Part shown: piece after piece, positions 9,484 to 18,825 of the stretch
How positions within the stretch are numbered: position 1 is the first letter of the stretch
Layout: every line of letters begins with the position of its first letter
Assembly: GCA_020725385.1 (NCBI GenBank)
Contig: DYFC01000006.1
Location: forward strand, 1-64,000
DNA length: 64,000 nt
Source of the DNA: Nitrospira japonica
GTDB lineage: Bacteria; Nitrospirota; Thermodesulfovibrionia; Thermodesulfovibrionales; SM23-35
Reading direction: 5' to 3'
Program-made: the position numbers and the translations under genes
Notes under the pieces: generated by a model
What the model was told of the DNA's origin: nothing
The model's input: only the letters and a program-made list of their open reading frames with translations
Databases searched by the model: none

Positions 9484-9945
9484 ATGAAAAAATACTCGAT
9501 GGAAACAATAGTAGGAATATTTGTAGTTATAGGAATTTTTTGTGTAGGATATATGACTATAAAATTGGGGAAAATATCATTATTCGGAGATGATTACTAC
9601 ACTCTTTATGCACGTTTCGGTTCGGTATCAGGATTAAAAACCGACAGCCCGATAGAAGTTTTTGGCATACAGGTTGGTCGCGTAGAACGATTAGTTATAG
9701 ATAAAGAAAAACAAACTGCTCTTGCAGAATTAAGGATAAGAAAAGACATTACTATTTATGATGATGCACGTGCCACTATCAAGACTTCCGGTCTTATTGG
9801 TGACAAGTTCGTCAATATCGACCCCGGAGGAGGAGGCGAAATCCTTAAATCCGGAGGCACCATAACCGAAACCGGTTCGCCCATTGATATAGAGGATCTC
9901 ATAAGTAAATACGTTTTTGGAGATATAACAAAGACTGGCAAATAG
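9484..9945 (+). CDS. mlaD: MlaD (MCE domain) protein
   Basis: N-terminal TM; ARFGSVSGL, GIQVGRV, IKTSGLIGDKFV; GGAGGA RBS before the ATG at 9484. Confidence 0.92.
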   Translation: MKKYSMETIVGIFVVIGIFCVGYMTIKLGKISLFGDDYYTLYARFGSVSGLKTDSPIEVFGIQVGRVERLVIDKEKQTALAELRIRKDITIYDDARATIKTSGLIGDKFVNIDPGGGGEILKSGGTITETGSPIDIEDLISKYVFGDITKTGK

Positions 9946-9965
9946 AAATGTATCTATTTTTCGGT

Positions 9966-11780
9966 TCAAGCAACTTTTTTAAGAGGTTTTAAAGGAACGA
10001 TAATTGTTGCTTTTGTACCGAATCCCGGTTTTGAATCAAATTTAAAATGACCGCCAAGATATTTAATTCGCTCATGTATCGTAAATAATCCGAAACCTTC
10101 TTTCTTATTTGTATAAGGATTTATTTTAACTGTATCAACACCAATTCCATCATCCTCAACCTGTATCTGCATATTTTTATAGTCACGATTTATAGAAATT
10201 TTCACATTTTTCGCTTTTGCATGTCGGGCGACATTTATCATCAATTCCCTTACAGCCTGATAAAGAAGTATTCTTGTTTCATCATTTATTGGTTTTGGTC
10301 TTAAATCATCCTCAAACCTGAAAATAAGTCCGAGTTGTTTCTGGAATTGATACCCCAACCATTTTAGTGCTGGCTCAAGACCTTCTTCATATAATATAGG
10401 CGTGCCCAGCTGAAACGTAAGTGATTTTGTATATTCCATTGTCTGGTTTATTAGGTCAATCAATTCATCGGTGAGTTCTTTTGATTTGTCATATGATTTA
10501 GATTCCCTTAGTGTTTCAAGTTTATTTTTACAATAAAAGAGAGTTTGTCCTATATAATCATGCAATTCAGAAGCAATACATCTTCTCTGCCTTTCTTCTA
10601 CAAGGGATAATTCAGATGACAATGTTCTTAATTGTTCCTGATAAGATATCAATTCTTTTTCAGCTATTTTTCTGGCAGTAATATCAGTAAATACACCGAA
10701 ACTCCCGTTAAAATTTTTATTTTCATCAAAAATAGGTCTTGGAGAAACCAGTGTGTAAAGCTTTTTTTCGTTTTTCCCTGTTATTGTAATTTCATAAGGA
10801 GAGGAATCACCCTGCATTCTTGAAGACCAGTGTTTTTGAAATATTTTCTGATTTTCTTTGTCAAAAAGTACCATAATCTGATAGCCGATAAGTTCTTCTT
10901 TAGAATAACCTGTCATCTTACAGAATTGTTCATTTACAAAGGTGATTATGCTATTTTTATCTATCATTGCAAGACCTTCGCTCATTGTTTCAATAAGGGT
11001 GCGATGATGTTCCTCACTTTGCCGAAGTGCGTCTTCAGCACGTTTTCTATCCAATATTTCCTGCTGAAGCTTCTCGTTTGCGAGAGTAAGTTCCATTGTA
11101 CGTTCTTTTACCCGTTGTTCCAATTCATCATGTGCTAATTGCAAAGCATTCTCTACTTTTTTTCTCTTTGTAATTTCTTTATAGATATTTTCAATAGTTT
11201 CGTTGGTAACACGTTTAAGAGATTCAAGTAATTCAACTTTTGAAGTCCCTTTTACCCTTGCATTGAGATTACCTGTCGAAACTTTGTGAAGCACATCAAA
11301 ATGTTCGGCAAGACCTATAGCTATTTCATGGGATTGATCAACTATTTCTCCTATTTCTGAAGCTGTAAGATTTATGAGTTTCTTCAGTTTTCTTATAAGC
11401 TCAATATTTGAGTACTCGGATATTCTTACAGTCGGATCCCCTGATGAGATTTTCTTTAATGCTTCAAAAACTTCAGACATACTCAAGGCGAGTTCCATAC
11501 TCATCGATTCAAGTTCCTTATCCCGCTCAACAATCATTCTTGAGAACTCTTTAAATTGCTTGTTTACAACTTTAATAGTTGCTTTCATAGCATTTATATC
11601 TTTATTTGCTTTTAACATCTCGCAATCAAGACACATTTCTATTTTCTCAAGAAATTTACCTTGAATTGAATCCCTGCATTGTGTTCCCGAAAACAGCCAG
11701 CATTTATAGTCATCCGATTCATAGGCAGGGCATTGAATTTTATTGCACTTAAATACTTCCCAGCATTTCAAGGGTTTCAT
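9966..11780 (-). CDS. Cytoplasmic sensor histidine kinase: Cys-rich two-CW domain, HAMP-like repeats, PAS, NarX-type (HisKA_3) kinase
   Basis: CWE...CPAY...CW...C...CLDC; PAS (FVNEQFCKMTGYSKEELIG); IASELHDYIGQ; ELMINVARHA; DDGIG; GFGL. Confidence 0.9.
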   Translation of the reverse strand: MKPLKCWEVFKCNKIQCPAYESDDYKCWLFSGTQCRDSIQGKFLEKIEMCLDCEMLKANKDINAMKATIKVVNKQFKEFSRMIVERDKELESMSMELALSMSEVFEALKKISSGDPTVRISEYSNIELIRKLKKLINLTASEIGEIVDQSHEIAIGLAEHFDVLHKVSTGNLNARVKGTSKVELLESLKRVTNETIENIYKEITKRKKVENALQLAHDELEQRVKERTMELTLANEKLQQEILDRKRAEDALRQSEEHHRTLIETMSEGLAMIDKNSIITFVNEQFCKMTGYSKEELIGYQIMVLFDKENQKIFQKHWSSRMQGDSSPYEITITGKNEKKLYTLVSPRPIFDENKNFNGSFGVFTDITARKIAEKELISYQEQLRTLSSELSLVEERQRRCIASELHDYIGQTLFYCKNKLETLRESKSYDKSKELTDELIDLINQTMEYTKSLTFQLGTPILYEEGLEPALKWLGYQFQKQLGLIFRFEDDLRPKPINDETRILLYQAVRELMINVARHAKAKNVKISINRDYKNMQIQVEDDGIGVDTVKINPYTNKKEGFGLFTIHERIKYLGGHFKFDSKPGFGTKATIIVPLKPLKKVA

Positions 11781-11890
11781 TATTAAAATTACCGAACCTT
11801 TCCAGGAACTCCCTGTTTAAGATGCTACTATTTTTTAATTTTATAATATTTCCGTATATTTCTAAAGACGCCCAAAATACATTATTCGTG

Positions 11891-13234
11891 TTAAGGTATC
11901 TGTATATTAAATCCTTTTATTTTGCGATGAAGGTTGCTTCGCTCTACTTCCAGAACTTCGGCGGTCTTTGATATATTCCAGTTGTTTTCTTGAAGCTTTC
12001 TAATAATAAAATCCCTCTCAAAAGCTTCTTTTGCTTCTCTTAAAGTATTAAAAGAAAAACAATCCGAATGTGTGTTTTGATTTAAGAAAATATTTTTAGG
12101 TGTAATAATTTCAGAAGGAGTCATGATTACAAGTCTCTCGATTACATTTCTTAGTTCTCTAATATTTCCCGGCCAGTCATATACAGAAAGCAATCTCAAT
12201 CCATCATCTGTAATTTTTTTTGGTTTTTGTCCGTATTCATCTGCGAAATATTTAAGGAAATGTTCAACAAGTTCAGGGATATCTTCCTTCCTTTCCCTTA
12301 ACGGAGGAATAATAATAGGTATTACATTTAATCTGAACAAAAGATCTTCTCTAAAATTTCCTTTTTTTACTTCTTCAAAAAGATCCTTGTTTGTAGCAGA
12401 TATAATTCTAACATCGACCTTTATATTTTTACTTCCACCAACTCTCTGGAATTCCTGAGTTTCGATAATACGCAGTACTTTGGACTGGGTTGATAATGAC
12501 ATATCACCAACTTCATCAAGAAATAGTGTTCCTTCATCGGCAAGCTCAAATTTCCCTTTTTTACGTTCAAATGCTCCGGTAAAAGAACCTTTCTCATGTC
12601 CGAATAGCTCGCTTTCTATAAGTTCCTGAGGAATTGCTGCACAATTCATTTCGATAAAGGGCTTATCGACTCTTGGGCTATTTTCATGCAGAAGGTGTGC
12701 AACAAGCTCCTTACCAGAACCGCTTTCCCCGAGTATTAATACTCTACTGTTACTTATAGCTGCCATATTAATTTGTTCTTTTAAGTTCTGGATTTTTGTT
12801 GAACTACCAACAAGTTTCCATTTTCTTGTGATGTCTTCTTTTAAAGCTCTGTTTTCAAGCTCCAATGTCCTTTTTTCAAGAGCCAATTTTGTTACCAGAA
12901 GAACTCTTTCGAGTGAAAGTGGTTTTTCGAGAAAATCATAGGCGCCAGAGCGTGTAGCTTTTACAGCAAGTTCAATATTTGCATGACCCGATATCATTAC
13001 AACCGGCATAGTTGGATTTATGGATTTTATTTCTTTCATGGTTTCTATGCCATCGATTCCGGATAGCCATACATCAAGAAAAACAATATCAGGCGAATTT
13101 TCCTTCATTATTTTAAGGGCTTCTTCTCCTGATGATGCTGTAATTACATCATAACCTTCATCTTTGAATATATCCGAGAGTGTTTCCCTTATTCCTTCTT
13201 CATCATCTACTATTAGTACGAGTTTATCTATCAT
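11891..13234 (-). CDS. ntrX: NtrX-like sigma54-family response regulator
   Basis: Receiver domain, GESGSGKE, ESELFGHEKGSFTGA, WPGNIREL, Fis-type HTH; follows an ntrY-like gene. Confidence 0.85.
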   Translation of the reverse strand: MIDKLVLIVDDEEGIRETLSDIFKDEGYDVITASSGEEALKIMKENSPDIVFLDVWLSGIDGIETMKEIKSINPTMPVVMISGHANIELAVKATRSGAYDFLEKPLSLERVLLVTKLALEKRTLELENRALKEDITRKWKLVGSSTKIQNLKEQINMAAISNSRVLILGESGSGKELVAHLLHENSPRVDKPFIEMNCAAIPQELIESELFGHEKGSFTGAFERKKGKFELADEGTLFLDEVGDMSLSTQSKVLRIIETQEFQRVGGSKNIKVDVRIISATNKDLFEEVKKGNFREDLLFRLNVIPIIIPPLRERKEDIPELVEHFLKYFADEYGQKPKKITDDGLRLLSVYDWPGNIRELRNVIERLVIMTPSEIITPKNIFLNQNTHSDCFSFNTLREAKEAFERDFIIRKLQENNWNISKTAEVLEVERSNLHRKIKGFNIQIP

Positions 13235-15253
13235 TTATATCTCCTTTATTGGCATCTCTATTTTAAATACCGAACCTTTCGGTATATTCTCTCTTACTGT
13301 TATTTCCCCGCCATGTTCTTTAACAATCCTGTTTGCTATTGCAAGACCAAGACCTGTCCCGCCCTTTTTTGTTGAAAAATTAGGTTGAAAAAGTCTATCC
13401 ATATCCGTTTTTTTGATTCCAGTGCCTGTATCTGCAATTTCAACAGAAAGACTATTCAACTCTGGATTAAAATTTATGACAACATCAATAACACCGGTAT
13501 CGGACATTGCCTGTATTGCGTTATCAAATATATTTATAAGAACTCTCTTGAATTGTTCCGTGTCGAGTTCAACAGAGGGAATGTCATTGGGTATTGATAC
13601 GTTTATCTTAATATTCTTATAACCATAGTACAGATGGATTACTTCATCTATAATATTATAAAGATTTGCAGGTTTCTTTTTTATTTCCGGCATTTTCCCG
13701 TATCTTGAAAACTCGTCAACAAGCTTTTTTAAACTCTCAACTTCTCTTATGATTGTTCTAGTAGATTGATAGAAAGTATTTTCAAAGTCCTTGTCTTTAT
13801 TATCCCATTTTTTCATCATGCGTTCTGTCGAAAGCCTTATAGGTGTTAAAGGATTCTTGATTTCGTGGGCAATTTTTCTTGCAGCATCCTGCCATGTTAG
13901 AGCTTTCTGGGCTTCTATAGCTTCTGTAATATCATCAAAAACAACAAGCAACCCGATATATTTTTCGTTATCTTTCAGACTCGTTATAAAAATATTAAGG
14001 GATAATTTCTTATCACCAATCAATGTGCTTATCTGTTTTTTCACAGGTCTAAATTGCCTGCCCTCTATGCTTTTAACTATCTCTCTTATTTCCTGAGAAT
14101 CGATTTGTGATAACAATTCATTGTAATTTTTATTTACAACTTCATCCTGTCTTATCCCGAGAATCATACATGCTGCACCATTTATCATTGAAATATTCCC
14201 GTTAATATCAAGCATAATAACCCCTGAATTTATATTATCAAGAATGTTTTTAAGATACAGATAAGCTGACTGAATGGATTCTTTGCCTGCTTTTAAGTTT
14301 TTCACCATTTCATTAAAAGAATTCACGAGCAGACCCATTTCGTCTTCTTTCTCTAAATCAATATGCACATCAAGATTTCCAGAAGAAACCTGCTGATTTG
14401 CAAGAACGAGCATCTGTATTGGATCGGTTATATTTCTTGAGATCCTTAAAGCAACCCAAAGGGCAAAGAATACAACTATTGTAGTGATAAACCCAAGTAT
14501 CAGGAGATAGTTTGCTTTAACAGGAACTCTCAATGATTCTAAAGTTAAGTAATTTTCATATGCATCATTTATTTTATCTGCATACTTTGTAATTGAAGAA
14601 GGCATATAAGTTTCAACAATCGCTACTCTTATGACCCTGCCATTTTTATATTCAGGCACAGCTGCTCTTATTATATCTCTGGTATCATTTGAAATAACCT
14701 CTGCTCCTTCTTTACCTTCAAATGCAGATTTAATTGTTTCGGTTGCTTCTTCAGGAAGTTGATAAATATATTTTAGCGTATAACTGCCCTGAACTTCTTT
14801 TTCATTATGAATCCGGCTCCTAGCAAAAGCAAGAGCCTTCTGTTTTTCATTTTCATAGATTGTTTTTGCGATTTCAACCGAGCTTTCAATAGGTGTCTTA
14901 ATCTGGGGAATAAACCAGCGGTCTATATAATTTGTGATTAATCCGCTTGCTATAAAAAACAAAAGGGCAGAAGGAATTAAAGTGATGATGACAAATGTCG
15001 CAACCAGTCTCGTTTTGAATTTATAACCCGGAACTTGATGTTTTTTCTCAAAAAAAAGTTTTACAAGACTTTTGGCTATGAAAAAAATTAAGACAAGTAA
15101 TGCAAGAAAAGTAAGGTTAAAAAGAAGCAGAAGAATAATCTGTGTTGGAAAAGGTATTGTTTCATGCCTTATATAATGGATCTCGAGGGCAAAAGATGTG
15201 ATTATAAAAATCGCTGAGAAAAAAAGAAAAATTTTAAATCTTAATTCTTTCAT
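13235..15253 (-). CDS. ntrY: NtrY-like membrane sensor histidine kinase (HAMP-PAS-HisKA)
   Basis: TM segments; WQDAARKIAHEIKNPLTPI; GTGLGLAI. Confidence 0.88.
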   Translation of the reverse strand: MKELRFKIFLFFSAIFIITSFALEIHYIRHETIPFPTQIILLLLFNLTFLALLVLIFFIAKSLVKLFFEKKHQVPGYKFKTRLVATFVIITLIPSALLFFIASGLITNYIDRWFIPQIKTPIESSVEIAKTIYENEKQKALAFARSRIHNEKEVQGSYTLKYIYQLPEEATETIKSAFEGKEGAEVISNDTRDIIRAAVPEYKNGRVIRVAIVETYMPSSITKYADKINDAYENYLTLESLRVPVKANYLLILGFITTIVVFFALWVALRISRNITDPIQMLVLANQQVSSGNLDVHIDLEKEDEMGLLVNSFNEMVKNLKAGKESIQSAYLYLKNILDNINSGVIMLDINGNISMINGAACMILGIRQDEVVNKNYNELLSQIDSQEIREIVKSIEGRQFRPVKKQISTLIGDKKLSLNIFITSLKDNEKYIGLLVVFDDITEAIEAQKALTWQDAARKIAHEIKNPLTPIRLSTERMMKKWDNKDKDFENTFYQSTRTIIREVESLKKLVDEFSRYGKMPEIKKKPANLYNIIDEVIHLYYGYKNIKINVSIPNDIPSVELDTEQFKRVLINIFDNAIQAMSDTGVIDVVINFNPELNSLSVEIADTGTGIKKTDMDRLFQPNFSTKKGGTGLGLAIANRIVKEHGGEITVRENIPKGSVFKIEMPIKEI

Positions 15254-15858
15254 TTGAGTAAGCCGGTTGTGAAATATTGAGAATCTTTTTTAATTTTAAA
15301 TGCATTTTCGGATACAAAAAACATGAAATAACCCAATACAGGAGGGAGTTTTCTAATTTTCGATTCAGCAGTTACTCTAACAAAATATACGCTATTTTCG
15401 AGCTCCTTAATATTTGCAAGTTTAATATTTTCAAAACTTAACGCCCATTGAAGCATGGACTCAAATGATTTAAATCTTTTTCTGACCTGAGATGCACCAT
15501 CATTTGAAGTTGCTATAAATTCAGTTTTGACCGGATCAACTTTAATCGTTCTGGTAAATGATTTGCCTGTGATAAATTCATCAGGCCACATTTCCCATAC
15601 CCTGAAGAGATCTATATGAAATATTATTTCCTTCTTTATTCCATTTTTTATTTCTTCGATGAATTTATCATCAAGGGTAACAGAAGTTGTGACATATATA
15701 TCGTTTTCAAATATTCTTACCTCGGGACCAGAAATTTCAGCAGCTATTAATCTTGATTGAAACGCAAAAAAAACAAGTGCGAGCGCAACAATAATTGAAA
15801 CTATATCTTTTTTTAAGTTACCTATAAAAATATTTTTCATGATTATTTCTTTGAACAA
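15250..15858 (-). CDS. DUF4390 family periplasmic protein
   Basis: Signal-like N-terminus; conserved position directly upstream of ntrY-ntrX. Confidence 0.7.
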   Translation of the reverse strand: MFKEIIMKNIFIGNLKKDIVSIIVALALVFFAFQSRLIAAEISGPEVRIFENDIYVTTSVTLDDKFIEEIKNGIKKEIIFHIDLFRVWEMWPDEFITGKSFTRTIKVDPVKTEFIATSNDGASQVRKRFKSFESMLQWALSFENIKLANIKELENSVYFVRVTAESKIRKLPPVLGYFMFFVSENAFKIKKDSQYFTTGLLK

Positions 15859-15954
15859 AGGCTTGACTTATTTCAAAAATTGTATTTTCATTATAGCATA
15901 GCAGATTATACTACTACTAAATAGTTATTATACATAATCTTTAAGGAGGGTTAG

Positions 15955-16437
15955 ATGGAGATAAAAACAGTTAAAATTAATATCCCAGAAGGTTGCAATA
16001 TAATACTCGGACAGACTCATTTTATTAAAACTATTGAAGATCTTTATGAAATTATTGCAACCACAGTGCCTGGTGCAAAATTTGGAATAGCTTTTACCGA
16101 AGCATCTGGTCCGTGTCTTATCAGAACAGAAGGAAATGACGGTGAATTGATTGATGTATGTGTTGATAATCTCAAAGAAGCAGGAGCGGGTCATGTATTT
16201 TGTATTTTATTAAAAAATGCTTTCCCGATTAATGTCCTAAATCAAATTAAGAATTGTCCCGAGGTATGCCGTATTTTTTGCGCTACTGCCAATCCGCTTG
16301 AAGTTGTAATATGTAAAACAGAGCTGGGTAGCGGCATTATTGGAGTAATAGATGGCTTTTCACCAAAAGGAGTTGAGACTCCCGGTGATAAAGCCCATAG
16401 AAAAGAATTTCTGAGAAAAATAGGATATAAACTATAA
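15955..16437 (+). CDS. Adenosine-specific kinase family (DUF355) protein
   Basis: [48 protein letters not shown]. Confidence 0.88.
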   Translation: MEIKTVKINIPEGCNIILGQTHFIKTIEDLYEIIATTVPGAKFGIAFTEASGPCLIRTEGNDGELIDVCVDNLKEAGAGHVFCILLKNAFPINVLNQIKNCPEVCRIFCATANPLEVVICKTELGSGIIGVIDGFSPKGVETPGDKAHRKEFLRKIGYKL

Positions 16438-16457
16438 TTTATTATAAAGGAGAAGAT

Positions 16458-16775
16458 ATGCTGCCAGAACTTAAGTATGACGAAAAAGGACTCATACCCG
16501 CTATCATTCAGGATATTAATACAGGTGAGGTATTAATGATGGCTTACATGAATGAGAAGTCTTTGCAGATGACCGTAGAAACAGGGTACACTCATTTTTG
16601 GTCCCGTTCAAGACAAAAATACTGGAAAAAAGGGGAGACATCAGGTCATGTCCAGGAAGTTAAAGAGATATTATACGATTGTGATGCTGATACTTTACTT
16701 GTCAAAGTAATACAGCATGGCTCTGGAGCATGCCACACAGGCAACAGAACATGCTTTTACAGAAATATTAAATAG
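16458..16775 (+). CDS. hisI: Phosphoribosyl-AMP cyclohydrolase
   Basis: [27 protein letters not shown]. Confidence 0.96.
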   Translation: MLPELKYDEKGLIPAIIQDINTGEVLMMAYMNEKSLQMTVETGYTHFWSRSRQKYWKKGETSGHVQEVKEILYDCDADTLLVKVIQHGSGACHTGNRTCFYRNIK

Positions 16776-16804
16776 AGAATTACTAATAAAAATAGGAGAA
16801 TGAT

Positions 16805-16966
16805 ATGAGTAAATATAAGTGTTCGGTTTGTGGTTATATTTATAATCCTGAAGAAGGAGACCCTGATTCAGGAATTCCTCCCGGAACACCCTTTGAAAAA
16901 CTTCCGGATGATTGGAAATGTCCGGTATGCGGGGCTGAAAAATCAGCTTTTGAAAAGATCGATTAA
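16805..16966 (+). CDS. rub: Rubredoxin, 53 aa (not in the ORF track)
   Basis: [53 protein letters not shown]; GGAG RBS. Confidence 0.97.
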   Translation: MSKYKCSVCGYIYNPEEGDPDSGIPPGTPFEKLPDDWKCPVCGAEKSAFEKID

Positions 16967-17019
16967 TTTTTATGTTTCATCAAAAGATTGTATAATTTAG
17001 CCAAAGATAGGGGGTTCTT

Positions 17020-18435
17020 ATGTCAATAAATAACAAAAGGACATTGAAAAAGACGCCGACCTATATTACAGGACTCGATGAAATTCTTAATGGAGGATTA
17101 CCATACGGACGTACATCACTTGTATTTGGGACTCCTGGGAATGGAAAAACTGTAATGGGGGTGGAATACCTTTATAGAGGAGCAATAAATGGAGAACCGG
17201 GTATTTTTCTTGGGTTTGAAGAAACAGTGAAAACCCTATGCGAAAATGCACTTACCATGGGTTTTAATCTTTCTTCTTTGATGAAAAAAAATCAACTTTT
17301 TCTTATGGACGGAAAGATTGAGCCTGATATAGTCATGAGTGGCAAGTTTTCACTTAAGCCTATGCTTTCAATTATTTCAGGAAAAGCAAAGGAAATAGAA
17401 GCAAAGAGACTCGTTCTGGATGCGCTGGATGTGGTTTTCGGGTTATTAGAAAATCCTGTTCAGGTACGTTCAGAATTATATCATTTAAATCTATGGCTTA
17501 TGAAGTTAGGACTTACAACACTTATAACCTTAAAACCAAGAGAAGGTTATCCGGGAACTTTGTTTCAGGATTATTTTTACTCAATATCAGATTGTGTTAT
17601 TCATCTTGATGTAAGGCAATTAGATCAGGTCTCTACAAGACGCTGTCGTATAGTTAAATATCGTGGTTCTGATTTTGGAAGAAATGAATATCCTTTTATT
17701 ATTACTGATAAAGGTATCCGTTTAATTCCAATTACAAAATTTGATCTAAGACATAAGCCTTTTGGAGAGAGAATTTCATCTGGCATTGCAAGACTCGATG
17801 ATATGCTTGGAGGAGGCTACCAGAGAGCATCATGTATTCTATTGGCAGGTGAACCGGGAACAGGAAAAACAATTCTTGCAACAACATTTATTGCCCAGAT
17901 GTGTAAACAAAATGAAAAGGCTTTGTATTTGAGTTTTGAAGAATCACCTGAAGCCCTTACTCATAATACAGCAAGCGTAGGATTAAATCTTGAACAATTT
18001 ACAACATCGGGAAATCTTTTAATTGTAGGTGCAATGCCTGAAGCAACAGGTGTTGAAGAACATTTAATGAGACTTTTTGATAAAGTTGAAAGCTTTAATC
18101 CACAGCATGTAATTATAGATGCTATTTCTGCCTGTGAACGAATAGCGGGCAAAGAAGCTGCTTTTGATTATCTCATGCGTATTTTGAATTTCCTAAAAGA
18201 AAAAGGTATAACAGTAGTTCTTACAAACCAAACATCGGGTAAAAAATCACAGTTAGAAATATCAGGCAATGGAATATCATCCATGGTGGATACAGTAGTT
18301 TTTATAACATATGTACATGGTGAGAAAGAAATTAACAGAACTATTCAGATTCTAAAAGCAAGGGGTTCAAGTCATTCAAATAAAATAAAAGGATTCAGAA
18401 TAAATGACAATGGTATAGAGATTTATGATATTTGA
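17020..18435 (+). CDS. kaiC: Double-domain KaiC-family ATPase
   Basis: Two P-loops (GTPGNGKT, GEPGTGKT), EE motifs (FEET, FEES), KYRGS/KARGS, and ISSMVD at the phosphosite position. Confidence 0.92.
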   Translation: MSINNKRTLKKTPTYITGLDEILNGGLPYGRTSLVFGTPGNGKTVMGVEYLYRGAINGEPGIFLGFEETVKTLCENALTMGFNLSSLMKKNQLFLMDGKIEPDIVMSGKFSLKPMLSIISGKAKEIEAKRLVLDALDVVFGLLENPVQVRSELYHLNLWLMKLGLTTLITLKPREGYPGTLFQDYFYSISDCVIHLDVRQLDQVSTRRCRIVKYRGSDFGRNEYPFIITDKGIRLIPITKFDLRHKPFGERISSGIARLDDMLGGGYQRASCILLAGEPGTGKTILATTFIAQMCKQNEKALYLSFEESPEALTHNTASVGLNLEQFTTSGNLLIVGAMPEATGVEEHLMRLFDKVESFNPQHVIIDAISACERIAGKEAAFDYLMRILNFLKEKGITVVLTNQTSGKKSQLEISGNGISSMVDTVVFITYVHGEKEINRTIQILKARGSSHSNKIKGFRINDNGIEIYDI

Positions 18436-18471
18436 AATTAAGGTCTTAGAGGAATTTTAGGGAGGGATAAG

Positions 18472-18825
18472 TTGGCTGGTAATATAAAAGGTAAGAAGAA
18501 AGAAAAATCTATTGATAGACCGGACAAAAGAAAAAAGCTTTTATATTATAATTTAAGGTTATTTATTGCCGGTGATGAACCAAATTCAAGAATAGCAAAA
18601 GAGACTTTGGAAAATTTATGTAAAAAGTATCTTTATGAAAATTATAAACTGGAAATAATTGATGTGGTTAAGGATTTTAAATCAGCAATTGAGGAAAAGA
18701 TCTTTTTCGCTCCGACTTTAATTATTGAGACTTCTGAATTTAAATCAAGAATTGTTGGTTCTTTGATTGATAAGAAAAAATTACTGGATATTCTTGGTTT
18801 GTCTGAAACAAACAGTGATAAATGA
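18472..18825 (+). CDS. kaiB: KaiB family protein
   Basis: LRLFIAGDEPNSRIA...LEIIDV...APTLI...RIVGSL; directly after kaiC. Confidence 0.9.
   Translation: MAGNIKGKKKEKSIDRPDKRKKLLYYNLRLFIAGDEPNSRIAKETLENLCKKYLYENYKLEIIDVVKDFKSAIEEKIFFAPTLIIETSEFKSRIVGSLIDKKKLLDILGLSETNSDK

Noticed and set aside
16695-16889. 64-aa minus-strand ORF
   Set aside because: Antisense shadow of hisI and the rubredoxin gene
17020-18825. Canonical cyanobacterial circadian clock
   Set aside because: No kaiA in the window, KaiC lacks the C-terminal tail, and the phosphosite pair is SS rather than ST
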